DNA of 64,000 bases, taken from positions 355,446,001 to 355,510,000 of the forward strand of contig NC_091286.1 in NCBI RefSeq assembly GCF_032444005.1, written 5' to 3'. Position 1 is the first letter of the stretch. Each line of letters begins with the position of its first letter. This stretch comes from Ranitomeya imitator. Taxonomy: Eukaryota. A program made the position numbers and the translations under genes. Positions 1 through 10,933 of the stretch are shown here, in pieces. The notes under the pieces were generated by a model. That model saw only the letters and a program-made list of their open reading frames with translations. It was not told where the DNA came from and did not search any database.

Positions 1-1176
1 TGTAACCTACTGTGAAAAGCAGAGAAACACCGATCAATACAAAAAATCCAAGACTCATATTGTTAAGTAAACTAAGCGAAAATCACCTAGCTACCCACAT
101 ACCACTTCATATTAAATATACTAACAAAGGGGAAACATAGGAGTTTATGGTAAAGATTTGTAACAAATCTTTATTAACAAAATCACACATATATTGACAA
201 AATATTAAAAGATGTAATAATAAGGACACCAACCCAGGTAATATTCAGCACCATGTGAAGTACTCGTCCAAAAGAGGACTACAAATATATTAAATATAAC
301 CCCATCCAATACCAGGTCGATCCATATACTCCCAAAGTCATTGGAGGGAGGACGCCACTCATTATGACCTAATGGTTAATGCATAATAATATCCCTAGAT
401 CCAAAGATCCTTTTTCCATGCTGCCACCAAAATACATATAGTCACAACATCAATGTGTGGCAAAATTAAAGGAGGTTACCCTTACTGGTGCTGATGTACA
501 CCTCTGAACGCACCCCAACGCGTGTTTCACAACTTTACAGCCCTGCGTTTTTCAAGAGGAGGTGTATTTACAATCACCTGCAGGACCTTAAGTATCCCTA
601 GTGACCGGTCACATGTGTATCATGTAACCGGCTGTTGCTGGGCTGTATGTGTAAGGCGCACCATACCCGCGCGGCCTGGCGCACCGCCACCAGACGCCCG
701 GGTAGGAGACAGGCATAACCATAACTGCCAGTCGGACGCCAGCGAGGACCAATGCCGGACAGCGCGGGGCAGCAGCAGGCGGCAAGCAGGAGCACGCACA
801 CTACAGCCACAGCAACCTAACCGAAATGTCAATAATCCTAGGAAAACAATATATTATACATTTATAGTACAAGTGTCTTCAGGATTTCCATGTCTGTAGG
901 ACCCCAATGATAATGATTCATTCTTCTAATCCCATTTAAGTTTTTTAGAATCCTAATTTCTTCAAAGGGCATTCAGAAAGTAACGGAATGATTTGGGATA
1001 TGTAGTTCAGATATAATTCATCATACCGCAGGAGATAAATTAAAATTAAAAACTATACAAAAGGGAAAAACACAATAATTAAAATCAAAAAATAGAAACA
1101 CACCAGCAACAGTTAAAAACATACAACAAGAAGGAACACGGACAGGAAATCTATACGTCCTCTATTATCATATCTT

Positions 1177-1320
1177 TTACAGAAAGGGTGCAAAATTGAG
1201 GAATTCATTAAGCCCAAATGGTTTCATTGTCCCCAGTGTAACAATCCATTTTGTTTCCGGCTGCGCCAATAATTTCTTGGCATTCCCCATCCCTGTGTGA
1301 ACGACATCAATTCCCCTAAC
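1177..1320 (-). pseudogene. C-terminal fragment of a Penelope-like GIY-YIG endonuclease
   Basis: Manual translation VRGIDVVHTGMGNAKKLLAQPETKWIVTLGTMKPFGLNEFLNFAPFL* matches the GIDxV...LLxxExxWIxxLxTxxPxGLNE tail typical of PLE ORFs. Confidence 0.8.
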
Positions 1321-1852
1321 TAATTATTGTGTTTTTTCTCTTTTGCATAGCTTTTAATTTTAATTTATCTCCTGCGGTATGATGAATTACATCTGAACTA
1401 CATATCCCAGATTCCGTTACTTTCTGAATGCCCTTTGAAGAAATTAGGATTCTAAAAAACTTAAATGGGATTAGAAGAATGAATCATTATCGTTGGGGTC
1501 CTACAGACATGGAAATCCTGAAGATACTTGTACTATATATATTATATTGTTTTCTTAGGGTTATTGACATTTCGGTTCGGTTGCTGTGGTTGTGGTGCGC
1601 GTGGTCACGCTTGCCGCCTGCTGCTGCCCCGCGCTGTCCGGTATTGGTCCTCACTGGCGTCCGACTGGGAGTGATGGTCACACCTGTCTCCTACTCGGGC
1701 ATTTGGCGGCGGCGCGCCAGGCCACGTGGGTATGGTGGGGTCAGCCGTGGGCGCATGCGCCGTACGCATACAGCCCAGCAACAGCTGGTCACGTGATACA
1801 CATGTGACCGGTTACTAGGGATACTTAAGGTCCTGCAGGTGATTGGAAATAT

Positions 1853-1904
1853 ACCTCCACTTGAGAAAGCAGGGCTCTAAAGCGGCGAAACGTGTGTTGG
1901 GGTG
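1853..1904 (+). ncRNA. Degenerate minimal type I hammerhead-like motif (U3-A8 variant)
   Basis: ttgagaa-a-gc...gc-gaaac-gtgt-gtt-ggggtg. An antisense copy lies in the left arm (~505-560: ttgaaaa...gaaac-acgc-gtt-ggggtg). Stems I and II are imperfect. Confidence 0.45.
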
Positions 1905-2022
1905 CGTCCAGTGGTGTACTTCAGCACCGGTAAAGGTAACCTCCATTAATTTTGCCACACATTGATGTTGTGACTATATGTATTTTGGCCCTCTGTTCCC
2001 CAAACAGGTCTTGCATCAACAT

Positions 2023-2667
2023 TGTCAAACTGTCCATTTCATCCGCCAAGGTATGGAGCGGATCCATAGCAAATAGAGCAGAGGAAAAAATGCAGAAATC
2101 CCTTTAAATGTATTGGACAGCTATAATGTAATGCTGCTGTAGTATAGTATAGCGCAACCTTCACCAGGGGGAGCTTGAGAGAGAAGTGAGACTGCACACA
2201 CAAAGCAGCAGCACAGACATCACCAAGTGTGAGAGTGGTCAGACAAGGTGAGTCAAAAACCATTAGAAGCAGAAGTACCAGCAGTAGCAGCAGTATGCAT
2301 GGTCAGAAACAAGCAAGGGGGTTCAGCAACGGTCAGAAGCGGATAAGACAAAGACAGAAGGCAGAAGTGAGTCCGAATACGAGCCAAGTCCAGAGAATCA
2401 AGCCAACAAACAGGGAAACACTGGGAAAAGGGCAGACAGAGGGAGTCAACAGACAAGGGGCAAGTCAAGGATCACAGCACGACAAATCAAGAACTACCAG
2501 AGTCAGGTTCAGACGTTGAAGGCAGAACTATAGCTGACACCGCTAGCAGAATGCATCGGAGCTATATAGCACACCTGAACCCAGAATGAGGCAGAGCAAA
2601 GTTAACCCTTGACATGATCCGCCCAGAAAAAGGGCAGACAGGATTAAAGCTGGAACGGATCATGATA
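2023..2667. mobile_element. Probable solo LTR-like remnant
   Basis: Begins tgtca and ends tgata (degenerate tgaca), has an AG-rich repetitive interior and a tata-like ctatatag. No clear TSD. Confidence 0.4.
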
Positions 2668-4129
2668 TTTCTAGTATTGAAATTCGGCTAGATCAAATTT
2701 TGTGGGAAAATTCAGCAAAATTAGAGAATTTAAATTTTAAAAGATCTGTATGCATATAAAATAAGTAAGCACCAAAGGTAAGATAAAGGACTCTTAGCCA
2801 CAATGAGAGTCCTACATTCTGGCTCTTCATTTACTTAGATCTAACTATCTTTTTTGCACTTTCATATCCAACTGGTTAAAAGAAAATTTTATTCTCATAT
2901 TAATAACATTTGATTAGAAAGATAATGGCAGTTATTGGAGCCCAAACAGTCTAACACCTAAAACTTACCATAATTATTAGATAGCTGCTGGCGAAACTGT
3001 TATTTGGCTGACAACTCTCTCTATCTCGACTCCTCTATACTCGAGAATTATTATTTTGCATTATCCAAACATTCTTGTGTTCTATATGAAAGAGCTGTTT
3101 CCATAATCATCTACTACAAAAATAAAGATTGAATGTGTGCAATAAACAAACATTTAGCAAGAAAGGCTTTGATTTACCCCACATGTATCATTTACTCTGC
3201 ATGTAATAAACGACAAGCTATAACAAAAACATTATGTAAAATATATACTGCAAAATTAATGGTAACAAATAGACAAAAGGGAACCTTGAAATCTTAAAAT
3301 GGAATTTCACTACTTGTAAATCAATTAAAATTGACCTCCAACATATTCCTCTGAAATTATTTCCTCTGAATTGCAAAGAGCATACAAAATTAAAAAGGAA
3401 ATACACTTATACAGATGCATTTCCAGTAAGTGAAGACCTTGTAGCATGATATAAAAGGATCCTTTCCCTTAGCATTTAAAAGATAAACATGTGAAGGTCG
3501 TGCATTTCCTCCTTTTCCTGTTGCTGTGCATGGTAGTTCCAACTTACCATTAAAGAAAATGTGTTATGAGCAAATTACAAACTGTTTAACCCCTTCATGA
3601 CCCAGCCTATTTAGACCTTGCCATTTTTTGCAATTCTGACCAGTGTCCCTTTATGAGGTAATAACTCAGAACGCTTCAATGGATCCTAGCGGTTCTGAGA
3701 ATGTTTTTTCGTGACATATTGGGCTTCATGTTAGTGGTAAATTTAGGTCAATAAATTCTGTGTTTATTTGTGATAAAAACGGAAATTTGGCGAAAATTTT
3801 AATTTTTATTCTGTTAAACCAGAGAGTTATGTGACACAAAATAGTTAATAAATAACATTTCCCACACGTCTACTTTACAACAAAATTTTTTTTTGCTAGG
3901 AAGTTATAAGGGTTAAAATTTGACCAGCGATTTCTCATTTTTACAACGAAATTTACAAAACCATTTTTTTAGGGACCACCTCACATTTGAAGTCAGTTTG
4001 AGGGGTCTATATGGCTGAAAATACCCAAAAGTGACACCATTCTAAAAACTGCACCCCTCAAGGTACTCAAAACCACATTCAAGAAGTTTATTAACCCTTC
4101 AGGTACTTCACAGCAGCAGAAGCAACATG

Positions 4130-6730
4130 GAAGGAAAAAAATGAACATTTAACTTTTTAGTCACAAAAATGATCTTTCAGCAACAATTTTTTTATTTTCC
4201 CAATCGTAAAAGGAGAAACTGAACCACGAATGTTGTTTTCAATTTGTCCTGAGTACGCTGATAAATCATATGTGGGGGTAAACCACTGTTTGGGCGCACG
4301 GCAGGGCTTGGAAGGGAAGGAGCGCCATTTGACTTTTTGAATGAAAAATTGGCTGCACTCTTTAGCGGACACCATGTCACATTTGGAGAGCCCCCGTGTG
4401 CCTAAAAATTGGAGCTCCCCCACAAGTGACCCCATTTTGGAAACTAGACGCCCCAAGGAACTTATCTAGATGCATAGTGAGCCCTTTAAACCCCCAGGTG
4501 CTTCACAAATTGATCCGTAAAAATGAAAAAGTACTTTTTTTTCACAAAAAAATTCTTTTAGCCTCAATTTTTTCATTTTCACATGGGCAAGAGGATGAAC
4601 TGGATCCTAAAGTTTGTTGGGCAATTTCTCCTGAGTACACCAATACCTCACATGTGGGGGTAAACCACTGTTTGGGCACATGGTAAGGCTCGGAAGGGAA
4701 GGAGCGCCATTTGACTTTTTGAATGAAAAATTATTTCCATCGTTAGCGGACACCATCTCACGTTTGGAGAGACCCTGTGTGCCTAAACATTGGAGCTCCC
4801 CCACAAGTGACCCCATTTTGGAAACTGGACCCCCCAAGGAACTTATCTAGATGCCTAGTGAGCACTTTAAACCCTCAGGCGCTTCACAAATTGATCTGTA
4901 AAAATGAAAAAGTACTTTTTTTTCACAAAAAATTTCTTTTCGCCTCAATTTTTTCATTTTCACATGGGCAATAGGATAAAATGGATCCTAAAATTTGTTG
5001 GGCAATTTCTCCCGAGTACACCGATACCTCATATGTGGGGGTAAACTACTGTTTGGGCACACGTCAGGGCTCTGAAGGGAAGGCGCGCCTTTTGACTTTT
5101 TAAATGGAAAATTAGCTCCAATTGTTAGCGGACACCATGTCGCGTTTGGAGAGCCCCTGTGTGCCTATGCATTGGAGCTCCCCCACAAGTGACCCCATTT
5201 TGGAAACTAGACCCCCCAAGGAACTTATCTAGATGCATACTGAGCACTTTAAACTCCCAGGTGCTTCACAGAAGTTTATAACGCAGAGCCATGAAAATAA
5301 AAAATAATTTTTCTTTCCTCAAAAATGATTTTTAGCCTGGAATTTCCTATTTTGCCAATGGTAATAGGAGAAATTGGACCCCAAATGTTGTTGTCCAGTT
5401 TGTCCTGAGTATGCTGATACCCCATATGTGGGGGTAAACCACTGTTTGGGCGCACGGCAGGGCTCAGAAGGGAAGGAACGCCATTTGGCTTTTTAAATGG
5501 AAAATTAGCTCCAATCATTAGCGGACACCATGTCACGTTTTGAGAGCCCCTGTGTGCCTAAACATTGCAGATCCCCCACAAATGACCCCATTTTGGAAAC
5601 TAGACCCCCAAAGGAACTAATCTAGATGTATGGTGAGCACTTTGAACCCTCAAGTGCTTCACAGAAGTTTATAACGCAGAGCCATGAAAAAAAAAAAAAT
5701 TATTTTCTCAAAAATGATTTTTTAGCCCACAATTTTTTATTTTCCCAAGGGTAACAGGAGAAATTTGACCCCAAAAGTTGTTGTCCAGTTTCTCCTGAGT
5801 ATGCTGATACCCCATATGTGGGGGTAAACCACTGTTTGGGCACATGCCGGGGCTCGGAAGTGAAGTAGTGACGTTTTGAAATGCAGACTTTGATGGAATG
5901 CTCTGCGGGCGTCACGTTGCGTTTGCAGAGCCCCTGATGTGGCTAAACAGTAGAAACCCCCCACAAGTGACCCCATTTTGGAAACTAGACCCCCAAAGGA
6001 ACTTATCTAGATATGTGGTGAGCACTTTCAACCCCGAAGTGCTTCACAGAAGTTTATAACGCAGAGTCGTGAAAATAATAAATATGTTTTCTTCCCTCAA
6101 AAATAAATTTTAGCCCAGAATTTTTTATTTTCCCAAGGGTTACAGGAGAAATTGGACCACAAAAGTTGTTGTCCAGTTTCTCCTGAGTAAGCTGATACCC
6201 CATGTGTGGGGGTAAACCACTGTTTGGGCACACGCTGGGGCTCAGAAAGGAAGTAGTGACTTTTGAAATGCAGACTTTGATGGAATGGTCTGCGGACGTC
6301 ACGTTGCAGAGCCCCTGGCGTGCCTAAACAGTAGAAACCCCCCACAAGTGACCCCATTTTGTAAACTAGACCCCCCAAGGAACTTATCTAGATATGTGGT
6401 GAGCACTTTGAACCCCCAAGTGCTTCACAGACGTTTACAACGCAGAGCCGTGAAAATAAAAAAATCATTTTTCTTTCCTCAAAAATGATGTTTTAGCAAG
6501 CAATTTTTTATTTTCTCAAGGGTAACAGGAGAAATTGGACCCCAGTAATTGTTGCGCAGTTTGTCCTGAGTATGCTGGTACCCCATATGTGGGGGTAAAC
6601 CACTGTTTGGGCACACATTGGGGCTCGGAAGTGAGGGAGCACCATTTGACTTTTTGAATACAAGATTGGCTGGAATCAATGGTGGCGCCATGTTGCGTTT
6701 GGAGACCCCCTGATGTGCCTAAACAGTGGA
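4130..6730. repeat. ~385-bp tandem array, about 7 units, inside the piggyBac-like element
   Basis: Motif gtgggggtaaaccactgtttggg recurs near 4272, 4654, 5036, 5428, 5818, 6208 and 6589 (spacing 381-392). Confidence 0.92.
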
Positions 6731-6744
6731 AACCCCTCAATTCT

Positions 6745-6886
6745 AACTCCAACACACCCCTAACCCTTATCCCAACTGTAGCCGTAACCTTAATCACAAC
6801 CCTAACCCCAACACACCCCTAACCACAACCCTAATTCCAACCCAACCCTAACCACAACCCTAATTCCAACCCAACCCTAACTCTAA
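6745..6886. repeat. Degenerate (CCCTAA)n telomere-like tract, left part
   Basis: ccctaacc, caaccctaacc and ccctaattcc variants in tandem. The tract resumes at 7584-7632 (ccctaaccctaaccctaaccttaaccctag). Confidence 0.75.
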
Positions 6887-7230
6887 GGCTATGTGCCAAC
6901 GTTGCGGATTCGTATGAGATTTTTCAGCACCATTTTTGAAAAATCCGCGGGTAAAAGGCACTGCGTTTTACCTGCGGATTTACCGCGGATTTCCAGTGTT
7001 TTTTGTGCGGATTTCACCTGTGGATTCCTATTGAGGAACAGGTGTAAAACGCTGCGGAATCCGCACAAAGAATTGACATGCTGCGGAAAATACAATGCAG
7101 TGTTTCCGCGTGGTATTTTCCGCACCATAGGCACAGCGGATTTGGTTTTCCATATGTTTACATGGTACTGTAAACCTGATGGAACACTGCTGCGGATCCG
7201 CAGCCAAATCCGCACCGTGTGCACATAGCC
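6887..7230. mobile_element. PIF/Harbinger-type MITE
   Basis: TIRs ggctatgtgc... / ...gcacatagcc, flanked by TAA (6884-6886) and TAA (7231-7233). Confidence 0.8.
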
Positions 7231-7239
7231 TAATTCTAA

Positions 7240-7583
7240 AGGTATGTGAACACGCTGCGGAAAACGCTGCGGATCCGCAGCAGTTTCCCATGAGTTTACA
7301 GTTCAATGTAAACCTATGGGAAACAAAAATCGCTGTACACATGCTGCACAAAAACTGCACGGAAACGCAGCGGTTTACATTCCGCAGCATGTCACTTCTT
7401 TCTGCGGATTCCGCAGCGGTTGTACAACTGTTCCAATAGAAAATCGCAGTTGTAAAACCGCAGTGAAATGCGCAGAAAAACCGCGGTAAATCCCCGATAA
7501 ATCCACAGCGGTTTAGCACTGCGGATTTATCAAATCCGCTGCGGAAAAATCCGCAGAGGACCAGAATACGTGTGCACATACCG
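7240..7583. mobile_element. Second PIF/Harbinger-type MITE
   Basis: TIRs ggtatgtgaacacg / cgtgtgcacatacc, preceded by TAA. Interior is rich in gcgga/tccgc repeats like the neighbouring MITE. Confidence 0.7.
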
Positions 7584-7894
7584 AAACCCTAACCCTAACC
7601 CTAACCTTAACCCTAGTTCTTACCCCAACCTTAGTGGAAAAAAAAAAAAATATTTATATTATTATTGTCCCTACCTATGGGGGTGACAAAGGGGGGGGGT
7701 AATTTACTGTTTTTTTTATTTTGATCACTGTAATAGGTTTTATCACAGTGATCAAAATTCACTTTGGAACGAATCTGCCGGCTGGCAGATTCGGCGGGCG
7801 CACTGCGCATGCGCCCGCCATTTTGGAAGATGGCGGCGCCCAGCAAAGAAGACGGACGGACCCCGGGAGGCTCGATAAGTATAAGGAGGGGAGA

Positions 7895-8190
7895 TCAGGG
7901 CACGGGGGGCGTCGGAGCACGGGGGGGTGGATCGGAGCATGGGGGTGGGATCGGAACACGGGGGGTGGATTGGAGCACGGGGTGGGGGATCGCTGTGTGG
8001 GGGGGTGGATCGGAGCACGGGGGGGATCGCTGTGCGGGTGGGGATTGGAGTGCGGGGGGGTTGGATTGGAGCACGGGGGGTGGGATTGGAGCACGGGGGG
8101 AGCGGACAGGAGGACGGGGGAGCGGAGCACAGGACGGAGGGGAGCGAACCACAGATCGGAGGGCTGGGGGGGCGATCGGTGGGGTGCGGG
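7895..8190. repeat. G-rich minisatellite (ggatcggagcacggggggg-type, ~18-20 nt units); second copy at 17895-18190
   Basis: Direct reading of the repeated units. It explains the several low-complexity Gly/Pro ORFs here. Confidence 0.85.
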
Positions 8191-10933
8191 CACATAAGTG
8201 TTTCCAGCCATGGCCGATGATATTGCAGCAACTGCCATGGCTGGATTGTAATATTTCACCAGTTTTTTAGGTGAAATATTACAAATCGCTCTGATTGGCA
8301 GTTTCACTTTCAACAGCCAATCAGAACGATCGTAGCCACGGGGGAGTGAAGCCACCCCCCTGGGCTAAACTACCACTCCCCCTGTCCCTGCAGATCGGGT
8401 GAAATGGGAGTTAACCATTTCACCGGATCTGCAGGGACGCGATCATTCTGTGACACAGCATATGCGTCACAGGTCGGATTGGCACCGACTTTCATGACGC
8501 ATACGCTGTGTCACAGGTCGGGAAGGGGTTAAATCAATCTTTCACAATGAACTATTTAAGATTTTTTTTATTTTACAATTTTTTTTTTTACTTTTATAAA
8601 AACAATAAAACAGTTTGCCACATAAGATTGGTTGTCATGATAGCTACAATTCTTATACTGTACATTCAGTGCATATAATAAAAGCTGAAAGATTAGTGAT
8701 GAGTGAGTAGTAAAATATTCGGATTCGGAAAAATCAGCACTAATAATTTCTAATACCATGTATTCGCACCGAATAACGAATCCAATGCAAGTCAATTGGG
8801 AGAGTTAAATATTTTACTGCTAGACCCAACAAACAGGTCTGATGGCATGAAAAAAAAGCTGAAATATATAAGGGTTTTAAGGATTTTTAAAAAGACCTAC
8901 CAAACCAAAACACATTTTTTAAAGGAAAAATGCTAAGAAACATTTTTTCCTTCATAATTACATATATATAACGCACAATAAAAATTTATATATATACCTC
9001 CTCTTTAGCATATGTTCACAAGGAGCATTTTGGCTTTAGTTTTTCCTTTAACCTTTGTGAGGGCTCTCACTCCTACATTTGAGAGGTCCCTCCTTCACGC
9101 CAAACAGTTAGCAAGATAGTGGAATACATATTCCCCATCCACTTACAATGCCATTTCAAACATGCCCATTAGAATTTTGTGTATCACCCGCCACCACCAC
9201 CATGTCCACCGCTATCTCATTATGTGCCTGTTGCTTCCAATTTGCAGAATGCCAGCAGGAGATGTGAAACCTGAGTTTGATGAGGGCCCTCAGGTGGCCC
9301 TGTATCATGCATTTGGGAGAGCTCTCACTCCTACAATTGGGATGTCCCTCCTTCATGCCAAACAAATAACAAGATATGGAATACATATTCCCCATCCCTT
9401 TACAATGCCATTTCAAACATGGCCATTTGAATTTTGGGCATCGCCTGCCACCAACACCATGTCCACCGCCATGTCATTACGCGGCCCTCTCTTCAAATTT
9501 GCAGAGTGCCAGCAGGTGTCGTGAAACCTGAGTTTGATAGGGCCCTGAGGTGGACACAGTTACTTACAATTTTCCAGTCAACAAATGTCAGCCGGATGCT
9601 GTGTTCTCCAGGTGAGTGGTCCAGCAAACTGCCAGGTAGATTGGGATGCATCTTTCCAGGTCTCCTTTCATATGCCTTTCTCATGCCATCTCACCACACT
9701 GGCTTCCACTTCTCCTGCCCAGCACCTTACCCACAGTGTCCCAAGCCAGCAGCCATAAGCCTGGTCGGGCGACGTCCTCTGAGTCCCCTGGATTCTATAT
9801 GGCTGCCTTTTTGGAGAATTATGGGTGGATGTGGCTGTGACTCTGGCAAAAGCCACAGCCTCTGGTTTCTTAGCTGAACTTGAAGATTTCCACTAAGTTG
9901 GGGCCGGTCCCCTGACTGTGACCTGGTCCTTCCACGTCTGGATGCGGGCCCCACTTGTGGCTTCTGTACTTCCCGTGCCCCTAGGACCCCTTCTGTCCTC
10001 CCAGATACTTCCTTCTGTCTCTACCTCACTCTTCTCTCACGTCTGCTCAGCTCCACTTCTCCTCACAGACTCTTCTCTGCACTGTTCTTCCCGCTTTCTA
10101 AGCTACTCCCCTTTTTCCTACCTACATTCCTATCCGGCCTGGAATGAGGCCTTCCTCCATAAGGGTAGGCCCAGGTGCCCCGACTGAACTGGTGTGTGTT
10201 GGATGTGAGTGTTAGAGTCCTGGGTAGTGCTCCCTCCTTTCCTGAGAGTGGGATACCACACCACAACAAATATAGTACAGGAGTTGGGGAAGCTGTATTA
10301 TCAATGTAAGTAAATTAAATTCTACCAGACACCAAAGGCATTAGAATTAAATTTGGAATATTGTGTATGCAAGCGAGGGCCTGTATTGATGTCAGTCTGT
10401 CAGGCCTGAAACCCATGTCAGAAACATGTACAAGCTTCATTTTACATGGAAGCAGCCTCCTCAAGGGAAAGAGACAGGAGTTCCATTGACCAATTTGCAC
10501 AAGCCTACGCAGTTCTTCTGGAAACTGCCCAACCAGGCTGAATGTATCTTTTACATAGTTCGGAGCAACAATGGAGTAATTACTGGATATGTCTCAGAAA
10601 GTGTCGAGGTCTGTGGAGTGTATTACTCAGGTGACAAGCAGTGCTGCAGAGCTCAGGTAAAGGTAAAGAGAAGCCACAAGAAGTCGGCAAACACAATAGA
10701 CGCAAAGGCATCTTACCCGGTCAGATGCAGGAGAGAAATACCTGATGGGCGCCCCCATATTGGGGGTGGGGCCAGCATGTCACGACCTCCCAGAAGCCCC
10801 GGCGGTCAGAGGAGCACGTCTACGCATGCACAGACCGCCGGAGGGACGAACACCAGGGAATCCAGACAGAGAGGAGTGAGGAGGAGTGTCGGGAGCACGC
10901 CGGCCAGAGAGGTAAGTATTGGGTGGCATAACC

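Larger units (their letters stand above)
427..1988. mobile_element. Penelope-like element terminal fold-back: inverted arms ~427-1081 and ~1321-1988 around a spacer with the GIY-YIG C-terminus
   Basis: Arms are reverse complements (ccaaaatacatatagtcacaacatcaatgtgtggcaaaatt vs aattttgccacacattgatgttgtgactatatgtattttgg; inner ends cacaataatta / taattattgtg) with many substitutions. The spacer encodes a PLE endonuclease tail and the arms contain hammerhead-like motifs. Confidence 0.75.
3590..8528. mobile_element. Non-autonomous piggyBac-like DNA transposon (~4.9 kb)
   Basis: TTAA on both sides (3586-3589, 8529-8532). Termini ccccttcatgacc / ggtcgggaagggg are imperfect inverted repeats. No transposase ORF. 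Confidence 0.8.

Noticed and set aside
6745-7632. True telomere or chromosome fusion site
   Set aside because: Short, degenerate, single orientation, and embedded in a TIR-bounded element.
7721-8355. Several 150-200-aa Gly/Pro-rich ORFs (also 17747-18355)
   Set aside because: All frames are open because of the stop-free G-rich minisatellite. No domain signal.
9040-9540. Two-copy ~260-bp direct repeat with His-rich ORFs
   Set aside because: Diverged local duplication. The ORFs are short and have no recognisable domain.
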